In this document: positions 23,890 to 37,914 of the stretch, in pieces
Layout of the letters: the number at the start of each line of letters is the position of its first letter
How positions within the stretch are numbered: the stretch's first letter is position 1
Source of the DNA: Eledone cirrhosa
Lineage: Eukaryota
DNA length: 64,000 nucleotides
Assembly: GCA_964016885.1 (NCBI GenBank)
Contig: OZ024755.1
Location: 24,304,001 to 24,368,000 of the forward strand
Reading direction: 5' to 3'
Program-made: the position numbers and the translations under genes
The notes under the pieces: model-generated
What the model saw: only the letters and a program-made list of their open reading frames with translations
The model's database searches: none
What the model was told of the DNA's origin: nothing

Positions 23890-24545
23890 CCACCTATACC
23901 TTGGGTACCGTTAACGATGTTCACCCTGTTTAACATCACCACCTGAACCTTGCGTATCTTTAACAATGCCCACACTGTTTAACATCCCCAACTGGCCAGC
24001 GCATATCTTTAGCAGTGTCCACCCTGGTTAACACCACCATCTGGACCTTGGGTATCTTTAGCAGTGTCCACCCTGGTTAACACCACCATCTGGACCTCGG
24101 GTATCTTTAGCAGTGTCCACCCTGGTTAACACCACCATCTGGACCTCGGGTATCTTTAGCAGTGTCCACCCTGGTTAACACCACCATCTGGACCTCGGGT
24201 ATCTTTAGCAGTGTCCACCCTGGTTAACACCACCATCTGGACCTCGGGTATCTTTAGCAGTGTCCACCCTGGTTAACACCACCACCTGGACATTAGGTGT
24301 CTTTAACGTTGTCCACACTGTTTAACACCACCACCTGGCCATTCGGTATCTTTAGCTATGCCCACACTATTTAATATAAACTAACTGGACCTTGGGTATC
24401 TTTAGCAGTGCCCATCCTGTTTAACACCACCAACTGGCCATTAGGTGTATTTAGCAGTGTCAATCTGTTTAACTCCACCACCTCACCTGGTCATTGGGTA
24501 TCGTTAACAGTATCCAGTATGTTTAACACCACCACCTGGCCATCA
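23890..24545. repeat. 49-bp minisatellite, ~13 copies
   Basis: Unit gtatctttagcagtgtccaccctggttaacaccaccatctggacctcgg; homogeneous centre, diverged edges. Confidence 0.95.
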
Positions 24546-24859
24546 GGAGAAAATGAAGTCACATATTTACACGAAAGAAAAGCATAAATTATGCATTAGA
24601 AATGCATACAAGTCTTGGTACTTAGCATGAAGAAAACACAAAATGCATTGACACAGATGTATACATGACCACATACACACATATAAGCTTCTTAATTGTC
24701 AAATGTGCTACTGTCTTTCTCCATAGATACACACACATATATATCATCATCATCTTTTTTACGTCTGTTTTTTCATGCTTGTATGGGTTGGATGGGTCCT
24801 TTTCAGCACAGCATCACTCAACTCGTCACATTCATTCGTCATCTTCTCTGTAATTTTCT

Positions 24860-25530
24860 GTGATTTTTTTTTTTCTTTTTAATCAACTCTCATCACCTCT
24901 GCCCCAGGTATTTCTTGGTCTACCTCTACTACAGCTTCCTTCTACTGGGATTTTCTGGTAATTCTTCTGCCAGTGGTCAGTGTCCATGTGCATCACATGT
25001 CCATACTAATGCAGTCTCCCTCTTGCACACCACTTCTGATTCCTCTTAAACCCAGTTTCTTGCTCAGTTCATCCAAACTCTGCTGTTCTCCCACATTAAC
25101 ATTGAACACTCATTGAAGCATGGTTGCTTCAATTCTCTCCAGCTGAAGCATGTCATCTCCAGTCGCTGCCCATATTTCACTAATATACAGCATCACACTT
25201 CATACACAGGTATCATACAGCTGACTTTTCATAGGAAAAAACATTTTGTTGTCAATAGAGGGTGTAACTCTCTAAACTTCTTCCATCCTGTCCTTATTCT
25301 AGCTACTATGCTCTCAACGTACCCTCCTCCACTGCTAATTAGATTACCTAGGTAGCAAAAGCTATCAACCACTTTTATGAATCCTTTGTGTGATTAGAAA
25401 AGATTTATATTACCGACACACTTCCCATTGATTACCCCTGTGCATTTTGTTGAGTCTGACTGAAAATCTCTCCAGTACTGGTGCCACAATAAAATGCACC
25501 CAATGCACTCTACATTTGCAAATAAGATGT
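24860..25530 (-). mobile_element. RTE LINE 3' remnant
   Basis: Reverse translation shows VVDSFCYLG, CMKCDAVY(GSETW-like), L..YGHV and RGRPR.TW motifs. Confidence 0.75.
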
Positions 25531-26029
25531 GAGCCCCTGGCCTGTCTGAGAGTGGCCCCACCCAAGTACTGATTTGATCTGTGATAACTGATCCAACTCT
25601 AAGCAGGGTAAGTGGACATTTGATGATAATATTGAATCAAACACAACAAGCTGTCTAACTAATTCAAGCATGGAAAATAAATGTTAAATAGTGATAATGA
25701 TGATGATTTTCATGCTGGTATGGGCAGGTGATCATGAGTCAATTACTCACGATATGCATGGAAAGAAGAAATAAATGTTCAAATATTGATCATAAACAAT
25801 TATATTCCCTCACTCTACTCCAATATAAAACTTTGTACCATTATTGGATATCTTGTTATACTATTGGTAGCTTCTGTATTTTGAGGAATTGTAAAATGAT
25901 GTTATATTTTATTGATTGTTACTGTGTGTGTGTCATCATCACTGTTTAATGTCTACTTTACCATCGTAGCATAAGTTCGGTGAGTTCTCCCATTGAGAGA
26001 CCAGCCAGATCAGATGGAAAGCAGTTTCG

Positions 26030-27700
26030 ATTCAGTTGTATAATAGATCAGTCAAGCAAAATTGTGACATATTGAAAAGATTAATTCATTATAATGAAAT
26101 TTTGGTCTGTCAAGAATTACCATTTTGAGGACTTGATGAAAAAGAAGGATCAAAGAATAGGAGTAATACTCTGACTATACGTGAAGCAGTAGTGGAATAT
26201 GATGATTGTTTAAGATTACATTTAGATTTCATGAAGAAAAATGCTAACTGCACATCTTCTGGACTTTCTAGTGGTATTCAAAACGAGATGATTAATTGTA
26301 TAGCTGGTACAATTAAATGTGAAATTAATGCAATGATTGAAAAAAACATCATTTGTTGTTGTTATGATGAGACTACGGATCTTCGAATGAAATCTTAATT
26401 GTCATACATTTTGTGATTGTTGATGAGAAGGAAAAGCCTCAAGAAAGGTTTTGGAGATATGTTGATATCAGTAAAGATAGAAGAGCTGCATCGCTGAGAG
26501 AAGTTAAAAAATGTGGTAATGATTTCAACTGTGGCAAAAAATTCATCACACAAACTCATGATGGAGCAAGCATGATGGCTGGGCATTTGAACGGAGGGCA
26601 AGCAAGAATAAAGGAGATTTTTGGTACAAACATCATAAATATCAATTATTATGCACATTCATTTAATTTGGTGCTTTCTCAATCAGCTTTAACAATTCAT
26701 GAATGTCGAATTTTCTTCCAAACTTTAAAAGGAATTCCAACTTTTTTCTCAAAGCCAACAGCTGGAATAAATGGAAGGTGCTTTCCACTCGACATGTATC
26801 CATTTAATCCGACAAAATTACTGTGTTTTCTGAGCTATTTTCAAACATCCAAAGGATTGGAATGCTTCAGAATTAGTACAGGCAGGGGGATTCGTTGCAA
26901 TCTTAGAAGATTTTCAGTTTAAATTTCTATTAGTGGCTTTTCACCATATTGAGTGGCTCAGAAATTTTGTTTTTGATTCTTCAAAAAAGTTCACTTGATA
27001 TTTCAAGGTGCATTCGTGAGGTTGAAAACTTCAAGAAACAATTGTTTGATATCAAGGACAACAAGTTTGAGGAATTTTACTGCCAGGTTCTGAACCATCA
27101 GAGAAGCGTGGTCAACATCAAGAACCAGAAGCTGTTTTGAGAACTTTGTTAAACAGCATTTTAGATGATGTTCTTGTTCATGTTGAGCAAAAATTTATAA
27201 CAATGGAAGTTTTCAGATTTGTTGAATCAAAAGTTTTTTCATGCTTATGAAAAAAAATTTTCAATGGAAGTGTTTTTATCTTTGGATATCTATATAAACA
27301 TATTGGATTTAGATGGCTTGAAATGCGAGCTGAAATCAGTTTAGGTTTCAGATTTTGCAAACAGCATCCAGGAAGTCACAGATATTATATGGGAATTTGA
27401 ACTAAATCAAGCTCTAGTAGAAGTAACAAAATTACGTCTGATTCTGACCATACATGCGACATCTGCTTACTGTGAGAGATCATTTTCTTTATTAAAGTGA
27501 GTAAATAATTATATGAGGTGTTCTCAAAGTGAAGAGAGATTGAGCAATTTGGTTTTCATTTCTATGAAAAAAGACCTTTTGAAGAAGATGAAGGTTGAGC
27601 GTGGTGCTGATACATTTTATAGCAAAATGATAAATGAATTTGCCAAAAAGAAATGAAGAATTGAACTGATTTACAAATGAATTTTAAATATCTCATTATT
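26030..27700 (+). mobile_element. Decayed hAT transposase (ZMYM1/DUF4371-type)
   Basis: QELPF*GLDE, SSGIQNEMINCIA, DETTD, ERF, QTHDGASMMAGHLNG, YAHSFNLVL and C-terminal ILTIHATSAYCERSFSLLK...QSEERLSNL dimerisation motif; many stops and frameshifts. Confidence 0.9.
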
Positions 27701-29076
27701 TGTAAGTTTTATTATTTACTCAGATTTCTCTCATAACCAATAAAAGTCATCATGGCAGGCCCATCGCAAGGGTGTTACTAATGGGGGCGGGGGGGGGGGG
27801 GGGGCTTCAAGTCCAGTGGAGAGGAGCATCAATCCTGAAGTGTGGCCTGTTGGTAGAAGTGTATTTTCTCAACTGTATTTGTGGTTGACATTAGGAAAGG
27901 CATCCAGCCATAGAAACCAATGATTCTAAATTTGTCCCAAAATGCAAGTCTTTGATCTCAGCTGCATGGGGCAATAAAAACATCATTGTTTTGCTTTGGC
28001 TGGTAGGCATGCAAAATATATTCTGCTTTTGTTTGACTTTTTCTTACCACTCTTGCCCTGCTTAACAAAACTAACAGTATTGCATTTTTTGCTGGTCACT
28101 GGGAGGCAAGCAAAATAAAAATTGATTTTGTTTGCTTGTCTCTTACTCCCTACTCCTTTGCTCAAAGGTAGAAAAGGAAAGCAATTAGTCCAGTACTTTT
28201 CATTCAGTTCTCGCTAAGCAAGCAGGAGATTTCTCTGTTTACACTTTTTAAATAATGTTTACAAATGATCCTATGAAACAAAGGAATGGGATATGAAAAA
28301 AAAAAAAAAAAATCACGCGTACAATGAGCATAGTGAAAATTATCAATAATTAATATTATATTACACAAAAATTATTTATCCTGGAAAAAAACAAACCAAT
28401 CAGTGCATGCGAAGTGTACATAGACACTTCACCCCTTATATATATATATGTGTGCATGTGTGTGTGTGTATTTAGGCAAATTGTTTGATGCTTATGTATG
28501 AACAGCAATGCTGCATGGAAATGAGACCTGGACACTATGTGAAGAGGACCTACAGAGATTGGAAAGAAATGAAGCTGTATATATATATATATATTGTTTG
28601 TTAATGTTTACCAGGCTTGAGGTGACTACATAAGAAATACTCGTCAGGAAAATATCGCAGTATAAACAATTACATAATTGATGCCATTGAAATGTGTATA
28701 ACAGCAATTATGTAATTAACAAAATGATATAAGATTCCTGAATACTGTCTTATTCTTCATTTATATACATATATAAACATAAACGACAAACGTAAACAAA
28801 CTCCAACCAAAATTTAACAGAAAATGTGAGTGGGATAGCAAGAACATCACAACTAGTAATTAAGGACAAGATAAAGATATACAGTTACTCATAAGAACCA
28901 AACCAGACACACACAGATAGAACAAGCAACAACTAGTGACAAGTAAATAAACGTGTAAATATAAACAGACACATACCCAGATATAACACGTGTGCAACCC
29001 AAGTACACAGCACACAACACACAAAAAACAAGATGGTGTAGGACAGAACAAAGAAGAAACACAAAATAACAAATTA

Positions 29077-29118
29077 GTCCCTGAAGAGGTCACAGAATAT
29101 TGATGAAAGAGCTTTGAC
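29077..29118 (+). ncRNA. Minimal hammerhead ribozyme relic
   Basis: GUC C CUGAAGA G GUCA-CAGAAUAU-UGAU GAAA GAGCUUU GAC, followed by AATAAA. Confidence 0.55.
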
Positions 29119-29964
29119 AATAAATAAACAAACATCCGGTTATTGAACCAACTTATTGAACATTTGTAATAAATTGAAATGAAAACTTACAGCTGCATGT
29201 GTTATTGGCAGCATGATCCTCCCAAAGTACAACAATATATATATATATCATCATCATTTTACATCCGCACAAGGGATGAGTCACCTTCAGCACAGCATCT
29301 CTCCATTTGTCACAATCCTTCGTCATCTCCTCTGTGAGCTTCAGCGATCTGAGGTCAGCTCTCACCACCTACACCCATGTTTTCTGTCGTCTTCCTCTAC
29401 TGCATTAAACCCATGCAAGCGTGGAAGATGGACGTTAAACGATGATGATGATGATGATGATATATATATATATATATATATAAACAAATGAGATCGTGTA
29501 GGTGTCACGACAAAAAAAAACACACAGTCCACGCTGTAATGTGGCCATGTAGGCAACACGGTAAAAACCTCCCAGCCCCACACTGTAAATGTGGTTGGTG
29601 TTAGGAAGGGCATCCAACTGTAGAAAACCCGCCAGACAGTCCTATGCGAGCAATGACAACCACTCTTGCCTCAAGTGGGAAAACTCCCGTCCAAACCCAT
29701 GCAAGCGTGGAACATGGACGTTAAACGATGATGATGATGATGATGATGATGAAATGAGAAAGAGAGACCTATTTTAAATACTTGCAACTAAAGGCACCTA
29801 AAATCCAAATGTTGGTGTTAAACTGAGTAATGTCTACTGCTCCTGTTGACCTCAGCAAGATTTGAACACATGACATGGAAAGAACCAGAACCAATACCTC
29901 AAGATATCTTTTCCTACATTCCAACAATTTCCCCAATGCCCTGTTCTAGACTATTATTACTTTA

Positions 29965-30525
29965 CTAGCTGACCCCATGATGTAAAAGATGATGGTTATT
30001 TGTAATATCTATACCTAATATAAAAACAGGATATTTGTTTGTTTGTTGGTTGGTTCCTTTGTGCTCATTCTCACAAGTGATGCAAATATACAAATACACC
30101 CCTACCTTCCTCGGTCGACGTACTCACCCCTTCCTTCCTCAATCGACATTGTCACCTCTTCCTTCCTCAGTCGACATACTCACCCCTTCCTTCTTCAGTC
30201 AATGTACTCACCCCCTCCTTCCTCAGTCGACATACTCACCCCTTCCTTCCTCAGTCGATTACTCACCCCTCCTTCCTCAGTCGACATACTCACCCCCTCC
30301 TTCCTCAGTCGACGTACTCACCCCCTCCTTCCTCAGTCGACGTACTCACCCCTTCCTTCCTGAGTCGACGTACTCACCCTTCCTTTCTGAGTCGATGTAC
30401 TCATCCCTTCCTTCCTCAGTCGACGTACTCACCCCTTCCTTCCTCAGTCGACGTTATCACCCCTTCCTTCCTCAGTCATCTCTACTGTGTTACGGACAAA
30501 TACACAATGCTATTATATTAGTAGA
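29965..30525 (-). mobile_element. Non-autonomous Helitron-like element carrying a 28-bp minisatellite
   Basis: The minus strand begins A|TCTACTAATATAATAG and ends GGGGTCAG-CTAG|T. The internal repeat cctcagtcgacgtactcaccccttcctt spans 30100-30480. Confidence 0.7.
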
Positions 30526-30974
30526 TATTATTAACCTGACAGGATCACAGGATCAAAGGAAAAGTTGACCCAAACACATTTTAACTCAGAGTACAAAAAG
30601 CTGGAACAAATACCACAAAGCATTTTGTCTGATGATCTAATGACTCCACCAATTTGGTATAGTTTAATAAACAATGTATCAGAAATAAACAAAAAGTAGT
30701 TTTAAAATCATCTTTCTGTCTTTATCTTCCTCTCTTTCTCTCACTCTTTCTTTAACAAATAACTGACATTTTCCACTAATGCAATGAAAAAATCTCATGC
30801 CAAACTATAATTACTATGGACAGCGCAACTTGGCGTTGCGCGCATAATTAATGTTTGATATAACTAAACTAACAAATTCATGTTTACCAATTCCCTGTAG
30901 AGATGTGTTCGTTGCCTCTTACCAAATTAACTTGAATACCCAAAACATACATACAACTATAGGCAACGACACAA

Positions 30975-31520
30975 GTATGCATGTATATATGTATATATGA
31001 ATGTATGTGTATATGAATGTATGTATGTATGATGTATATATATACGTATGTATGCATGCATGCATGTATATATATATATGAATGTATGTATATAAGAATG
31101 TATATATGAATGTATGTATATAAGAATATATACATGTATATATGTGGGTATGTATATATGTATGTGGGTATGTATGTATGTATGTATGTATATGTATGCA
31201 TATATGAATGTATATATGTATGTATGTATGTATGCATATATGTATGAATGTATATATATATATATATGTGTATGCATGCATGAATGTATATATGTATGCA
31301 TCTATGTATGTATGCATCTATATATATATGAATGTATGTATGTATATATGAATATATGAATATATGTATGTATATATGAATATATGTATGTATGTATATA
31401 TGTATGTATGTATGTATGCATCTATATATATATGAATGTATGTATATATGAATATATGTATGTATGTATATATGTATGCATGTATATATGTATGCATGTA
31501 TATATGTATGCATGTATGCA
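30975..31520. repeat. (TATG/TA)n microsatellite
   Basis: Direct inspection. Confidence 0.95.
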
Positions 31521-31699
31521 ACTAATATTTAATATCTTATTTCTTTCATCTAATCCATATGGAATGTTGCTGAGCATATAAATAATACTCCGGAGACATT
31601 TCCAATGAAAGATGGATTCTATTCCATTCCAGAAATGTCTGAATTAGAGTTCAGCCAAAGCCATTAAATGCAATAATATAGAAGAGAGAAACAGAGGGG

Positions 31700-32150
31700 C
31701 GAAAGAGAGAGGGATAGAGTGGTAGAGGGGAGAGTGATGGAGGAGAGAGGGGAGAGTGATGGAGGAGAGAGGGAGAGAGTGATGGAGGGGAGAGGGAGAG
31801 AGTGATGGAGGGGAGAGGGAGAGAGTGATGGAGGGGAGAGGGAGATGGGTGGAGGGGAGAGGGAGAGAGTGATGGAGGGGAGAGGGAGAGAGTGATGGAG
31901 GGGAGAGGGATAGAGTGATGGAGGGGAGAGGGATAGAGTGATGGAGAAGAGGGTGATAGAGTGATGGAGAAGAGAGTGATAGAGGGGAGAGTGATAGAGT
32001 GATGGAGGAGAGAGGGAGAAAGTGATGGAGAAGAGAGTGATAGAATGATGGAGGAGAGAGTGATAGAGGGGAGAGTGATAGAGTGATGGAGGAGAGAGGG
32101 AGAGAGTGATGGAGGAGAGAGGGAGAGAGTGATGGAGGGGAGAGAAATTG
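31700..32150. repeat. GA-rich ~22-bp minisatellite
   Basis: gagagtgatggaggggagaggg repeats. Confidence 0.95.
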
Positions 32151-32519
32151 AGTGATAAAGAAGAAAGAAATAGGATTATGGAGAAAAGAGAAAAAAATTA
32201 AAATGTGGAATAAATGAATTAGAAGACAAAAAACATTTGAAAAATAGAAAAGATAAAGAAATAAAAATATAAGGTCCAAATATAAAAATGTAAAAGATCA
32301 TAAAATATATTAAAATAAAAAAAAAACATGTAAAATAAAAGGAGTTAGATTCTAGAAAACATTTCTTTCTGTTTATTTCTATTTCTTTTCATTCCTTGTC
32401 TTTTATTTTATTTTTCTTTCTTTTCACTTTCATGGCAGTGAATTGTCAAAGTTGACAGTGTTTGTTCCAGTTCCCTCACTGACACCATATCATAGGATGT
32501 CTGTATCTACTTTACAATG

Positions 32520-33355
32520 TGTGCACTGTATCCCTGTGTATATCTGGTTTACAGTAGGTACACTGTATCCCAGTATGTATCTGGTTTACAATAGGTACAC
32601 CATATCCTAGTATGTATCTGGTTTACAATAGGTACACCATATCCCAGTGTGTATCTGGTTTACAATAGGTACACCATATCCCAGTGTGTATCTGGTTTAC
32701 AATAGGTACACCATATCCTAGTATGTATCTGGTTTACAATAGGTACACCATATCCCAGTGTGTATCTGTTTTACAATAGGTACACCATATCCCAGTGTGT
32801 ATCTGGTTTACAATAGGTACACCATATCCCAGTGTGTATCTGGTTTACAATAGATACACCATATCCCAGTGTGTATCTGGTTTACAATAGGTACACCATA
32901 TCCCAGTGTGTATCTGGTTTACAATAGGTACACCATATCCCAGTGTGTATCTGGTTTACAATAGGTACACCATATCCCAGTGTGTATTTGGTTTACAACA
33001 GGTAAACCATATCCCAGTGTGTATCTGGTTTACAATAGGTACACCATATTCCAGTGTGTATCTGGTTTACAACAGGTAAACCATATCCCAGTGTGTATCT
33101 GGTTTACAATAGGTACACCATATCCCAGTGTGTATCTGGTTTACAATAGGTACACTATATCCCAGTGTGTATCTGGTTTACAACAGGTAAACCATATCCC
33201 TGTGTATATCTGGTTTACAATCGGTACACTGTATCCCAGTGTGTATCTGGTTTACAGTAGGTACACCATATCCCTGTGTATATCTGGTTTACAATAGGTA
33301 CTCTGTATCCTAGGCTGTGTGTATCTGGTATACAATAGGTGCACCATATCCCTGC
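32520..33355. repeat. 37-bp minisatellite, ~22 copies
   Basis: Unit gtatctggtttacaataggtacaccatatcccagtgt. Confidence 0.95.
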
Positions 33356-33513
33356 ATAAAGTGAACTAAAAGGGTTTGTGACAAGAAGGGCATCTGGCTG
33401 TAAAACATTACCCCCCCCCCCCCCCCCCCCTCCAAAGAACACTGTGATGAGTATGATTTCCATCATGGGGCTCCCAATGCTAACTGTTGCTTTATTAGAG
33501 AAAATAGCTTTAA

Positions 33514-33731
33514 CCCTTTAGCATTTACATTACTCTATATTTACTATTATATTTTCATGGTAAAGGCTTTACCTCACATAATTATCTCACATAATATCAA
33601 ATCTATGAGATTTTGATATTATTTATTTTGAGAACAATACAATATCAGTATTAGTGGCTGGTTATAGCCAGTTTGAACAGAAAGAGGTGAGAGAATTCTG
33701 CCCAGATGTGGCCCGCTTAAATGCTAAAGGG
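33514..33731. mobile_element. piggyBac-type MITE
   Basis: TTAA|CCCTTTAGCATTT ... AAATGCTAAAGGG|TTAA. Confidence 0.9.
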
Positions 33732-33758
33732 TTAAAGTGCTTTTTTTTTTTTCATTAA

Positions 33759-33965
33759 CCCTTTAGCATTCACATTACTCTATATATACTATTATATTTT
33801 CATGGTAAATGCTTTATCTCACATAATATCGAATCTCTGAGATTTTGAAAGTATTTATTTTGAGAACAATACCTTAACATCAGTTTGAGTGACCAGTTAC
33901 AGACAGTTTCAACAGAAAAAGGTAGAGAATTCTGGCCGGTTTTGGCCAGTTTGAACATTAAAGGG
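33759..33965. mobile_element. piggyBac-type MITE (same family)
   Basis: TTAA-flanked CCCTTTA termini; internal homology to 33514-33731. Confidence 0.9.
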
Positions 33966-35127
33966 TTAAAAGAAATTAGTAAACTTTTTTTGTTACTGTA
34001 TTTCTGTATTTCTAATGAAATACACTGCCAATGTATCTCGGTTTGGAGTGATATAAAAGAATAAGTTTCTCAATAGGAAACTGATGTTTAGAACATTACT
34101 TAACAATTTCTTGTATAACAGAAAGTATTAGGAAGGGCATCCATCCATAGAATCCAGGCCCAAACCAGTTCTGTATGAGCAAGATATGGTCATCTGACCT
34201 GGCTTGTCTCACAATGGGACTACTCATCTTAACTCATGCTAGCATGGAAAAATGGACATTAAACGGTGATGATAAACATTCTTAAATGGGCAGATTTGTA
34301 TCAAAGAACCCGAAGTGGTTTCAAGCAGTTGGTACGAAAAGGTTTGAACTGTTCACAATATATGTACCCAATGTAGAATAAATGTATGGCATCCCTACTA
34401 AAATTAACAGGTTTGGAGCCAAAAACGGCATCTGACTATAAAACATTCCCTAAAATATCACATCATGCTAATTATGAAGCCTACCGTGGACCTTGCAAGA
34501 CTGCAGGGAAAATGGCCTTAGAAACACTTGTTGCATTGTTTTTTAAACTATTGTATATCATTATGGAGGGCTTTCATTGTGAAATATTCTCATTTGCTTG
34601 GTGTCAAATTCTTCTGAATAAAATAATATACAAAGAAAAACTCGATACAATTGATTCTGCATTAATATTTAATGAGTTGATAGGAGATATAGGGCAGTGG
34701 CTTTGGGTAATAGAAACGACAATAGTGTTATGGACTGAATACCAAATGGGCTTTAGTTGTTTGCTACCACCACCTCCTTCTATACTCTGAGTTCACATCT
34801 CACCATGGGTGAATGTATTCAATATATTCTAACTTCCCATCCTCACCTCTCCCTAGATCAATAAAATTAATAGTAGACAGCCATTAGAATGCATTGGTGG
34901 TTCAAGGGAAGAAAGCTAACCTGTGTTATAGGCAGGCTTGGTTCAATTCCCGGCTAATACATTTTCTATTTTTAAGATAGTGCTACAGCATGGCCACAAT
35001 CTAATTCCTGGAATCAGTGAAAGAAAAGAGCAATACAATACAGTATTTCTTTTAGCTCTCTGTATTCTACAAACGAAATCCCACCCAAGATCAACTTAGT
35101 TATTTATTATCATCACCAACACCATCA

Positions 35128-35680
35128 TCATCATATTACAATATTTTACAGTTGATAAAGACCAGTCTAGTTGTGTTAAAGTTGATAAAGTACCAGTTCA
35201 GTCATCATATTACAATATTTTACAGTTGATAAAGACCAGTCTAGTCATGTTAAAGTTGATAAAGTACCGGCTCAGTCATCATATTACAATATTTTACAGT
35301 TGATAAAGTACCGGTTCAGTCATCATATTACAATATTTTACAGTTGATAAAGACCAGTCTAGACGTGGTTAAAGTTGATAAAGTACCAGTTCAGTCATCA
35401 TATTACAATATTTTACAGTTGATAAAGACCAGTCTAGTCATGTTAAAGTTGATAAAGTACTGGTTCAGTCATCATGTTACAATGTTTTACAGTTGATAAA
35501 GACCAGTCTAGACGTGTTAAAGTTGATAAAGTACTGGTTCAGTCATCATGTTACAATGTTTAACAGTTGATAAAGACCAGTCTAGACGTGTTAAAGTTGA
35601 TAAAGTACTGGTTCAGTCATCATGTTACAATGTTTTACAGTTGTTAAAATACCAGTTTAGTCATGTTACAATGTTTTATA
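35128..35680. repeat. ~74-bp composite minisatellite (43+31 subunits)
   Basis: catcatattacaatattttacagttgataaagaccagtctagtcatgttaaagttgataaagtaccagttcagt repeats. Confidence 0.9.
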
Positions 35681-35831
35681 TGGACTGGTACTTTATTTAT
35701 TGAGGCTCTGAAGGATGAACAGCAAAGTAGACCTCAGTGGGATTTGAAGTCAGTGTGCAGAAGGCCAGAATAAATATTGTGGCACATTTTATCAAACGCT
35801 CTAACGACTCAGCCAATTAACTTCCTCCCCT

Positions 35832-36002
35832 GGCAGTATCAGTAGAGGTCGGACACCATGCTTTGATGCATAGAGTTACGGCTCTTGCCATTCTGAGTTC
35901 AAATCCCGCTGAGGTTAACTTTGCCTTTCATCCTTACGGGGTCGATAAAATACAGTAATGCACTGGGTAACTGCTGGCCTTGTGCCAAAAGTAGAAACAA
36001 TT
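35832..36002 (+). mobile_element. tRNA-derived CORE-type SINE
   Basis: tggcag A-box, gagttcaaatccc B-box, gtcgataaaa core. Confidence 0.85.
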
Positions 36003-36546
36003 ACTTAGAAGAATAGTCTACCTTGGATTACATTATAAAATGTGTCCTTTCAAAATGGTAGAATGCTTAGTCTGAGGAAGATTTGGTTACTATTTCTATT
36101 AGATCAATACACCATGTAGCATCGCCCTTATTGACTCATTTTTTTATTGCTTGGTTGGTCTATGTGGGGAGGATATGTTCATAGCTTGGCAGAGCCTCCA
36201 TTAACAGGAAGATCAATGTCTAAGCATCCGTGACTTAACTCATACACCGAATCCATGATTATGCTGCAATTTATTCTATTATATATCATGAACATTAATT
36301 TACACCTGTTTTTCCATGCTAGTATGGAGTTGACCAGATTGTTACAGACTAAGTTTATACTTAATTGGAGATACTGTCCTTTTAGATAAGCTGGGGGCCC
36401 ATATTTCTTTTTACCTACATGCCTGTTTTGACATACTTACTACAGCTGGATGCCTTTCTCAACACCAATTCAATGAGTTTACTGGCTGACATTAGGTAAA
36501 AGAGTATATGTATATCATATATGTGAAGGTATGTCTTAGTGGCTAA

Positions 36547-36753
36547 CCCTTTAGCATTTAAACAGACCATATCCAGTCAGAATTCTCTCACCTCTTTCTA
36601 TTCAAACCGGCTGTAACCGGCCACTCATACTGATGTTAAGGTATTGTTCTCAAAATAATATCAAAATATCGTAGATTCGATGTTATGTGAGATAATTATG
36701 TAAGATAAAGCTTTTACTGTAAAAATACAATAAATAAAGAGTAATGTAAAGGG
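36547..36753. mobile_element. piggyBac-type MITE (inverted copy)
   Basis: CCCTTTAGCATTTAAAC ... AAAGGG|TTAA. Confidence 0.85.
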
Positions 36754-37379
36754 TTAAGGTCTTCAGCTCGTGATCGTCAGGTCATGAGTCTTCTTAAGCA
36801 AGAAACTTTATTTCACAGTACTGCAGTCCACTCAACTAGCAAAAATGAGTTGTACCTGTAATTCAAAGGGCCACTGTCATGTTGAATTTCCATGAGAACT
36901 ATGTCAAGGGTAGGTAAATATGTCCATGAAATGCTCTGCCACTTACACATTAATTTCGTTAGCAGTCTGATCTGTTGTTCAAACAACTGGAACACTCGTT
37001 GTCAGAACTGGTAGAGATCTAACACCATCTCCATATAGATCATGGAAATACCTTTGAGGTTAGCTTTGCTGTTCATCCTTATGAGGTCAATAAAATAAAG
37101 TACCAGTAATGCACTAGTGTTGATTTAATTGACTTTCCTCTCTCCCAAAATTGTTGGCCTCGTGTCTAATATTATAATGCGTATGTGTTCCTCAGTACTG
37201 TCAGTTGTTGGGACTTGTAGATCAAGGAAGGCATTGGATGAGGGAGTGAGGATTGACATCGCAATTGAGAGGACAAAAGACTGTAAGAACTGGCGACATG
37301 TTGTACTGGGGAAAACCCAGAATAAAATATTACATGATTTGGACCTGTAGTGTTGCTCTCCCACTCTAGCACTCCTTAA

Positions 37380-37584
37380 CCCTTTAGCATTTACATTACT
37401 CTATATATATTATTATATTTTCATAAAGGCTCTACCTCACATAATATCAAATCTAGGAGATTTTGATATTATCTATGTTGAGAACAATACCTTAACATCA
37501 GTATGAGTAGCTGGTTACACCTGCTTTGAACAGAAAGAGGTGAGAGAATTCTAGCCAGTTGCAGTCAGTTTAAATGCTAAAGGG
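37380..37584. mobile_element. piggyBac-type MITE
   Basis: TTAA TSDs and CCCTTTAGCATTT TIRs. Confidence 0.9.
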
Positions 37585-37914
37585 TTAATAGCTATTCTCA
37601 CCATCACTATACATCCTTTCACTTCATTCATGCTTACTCCACTATTACTCTTTAGTAGCTAGTCTTAACATCACTACATCCCCTCACAAACAGTTTACAT
37701 ACAAGCTCTTCTGGGTAATTGGTGCAGGCATTTTTGTATCTGAAAAATGGATAGAGAAAGTAATAGAGCTAATTAGAATAAATGACATAATTATCAAGTT
37801 CAGAATAGCCATAGAGTTTCTAGATATCTCAATATATTCATCATAATTATTACTAAATAAAGAACAAAACCTATGAGGAACTCTTACAAACAGCTTCAAT
37901 AACAGATGACAGAG

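Noticed and set aside
23890-24545. 49-bp repeats (and the 37-bp repeats at 32520-33355) as CRISPR arrays
   Set aside because: Head-to-tail units with no unique spacers, no cas genes, eukaryotic context.
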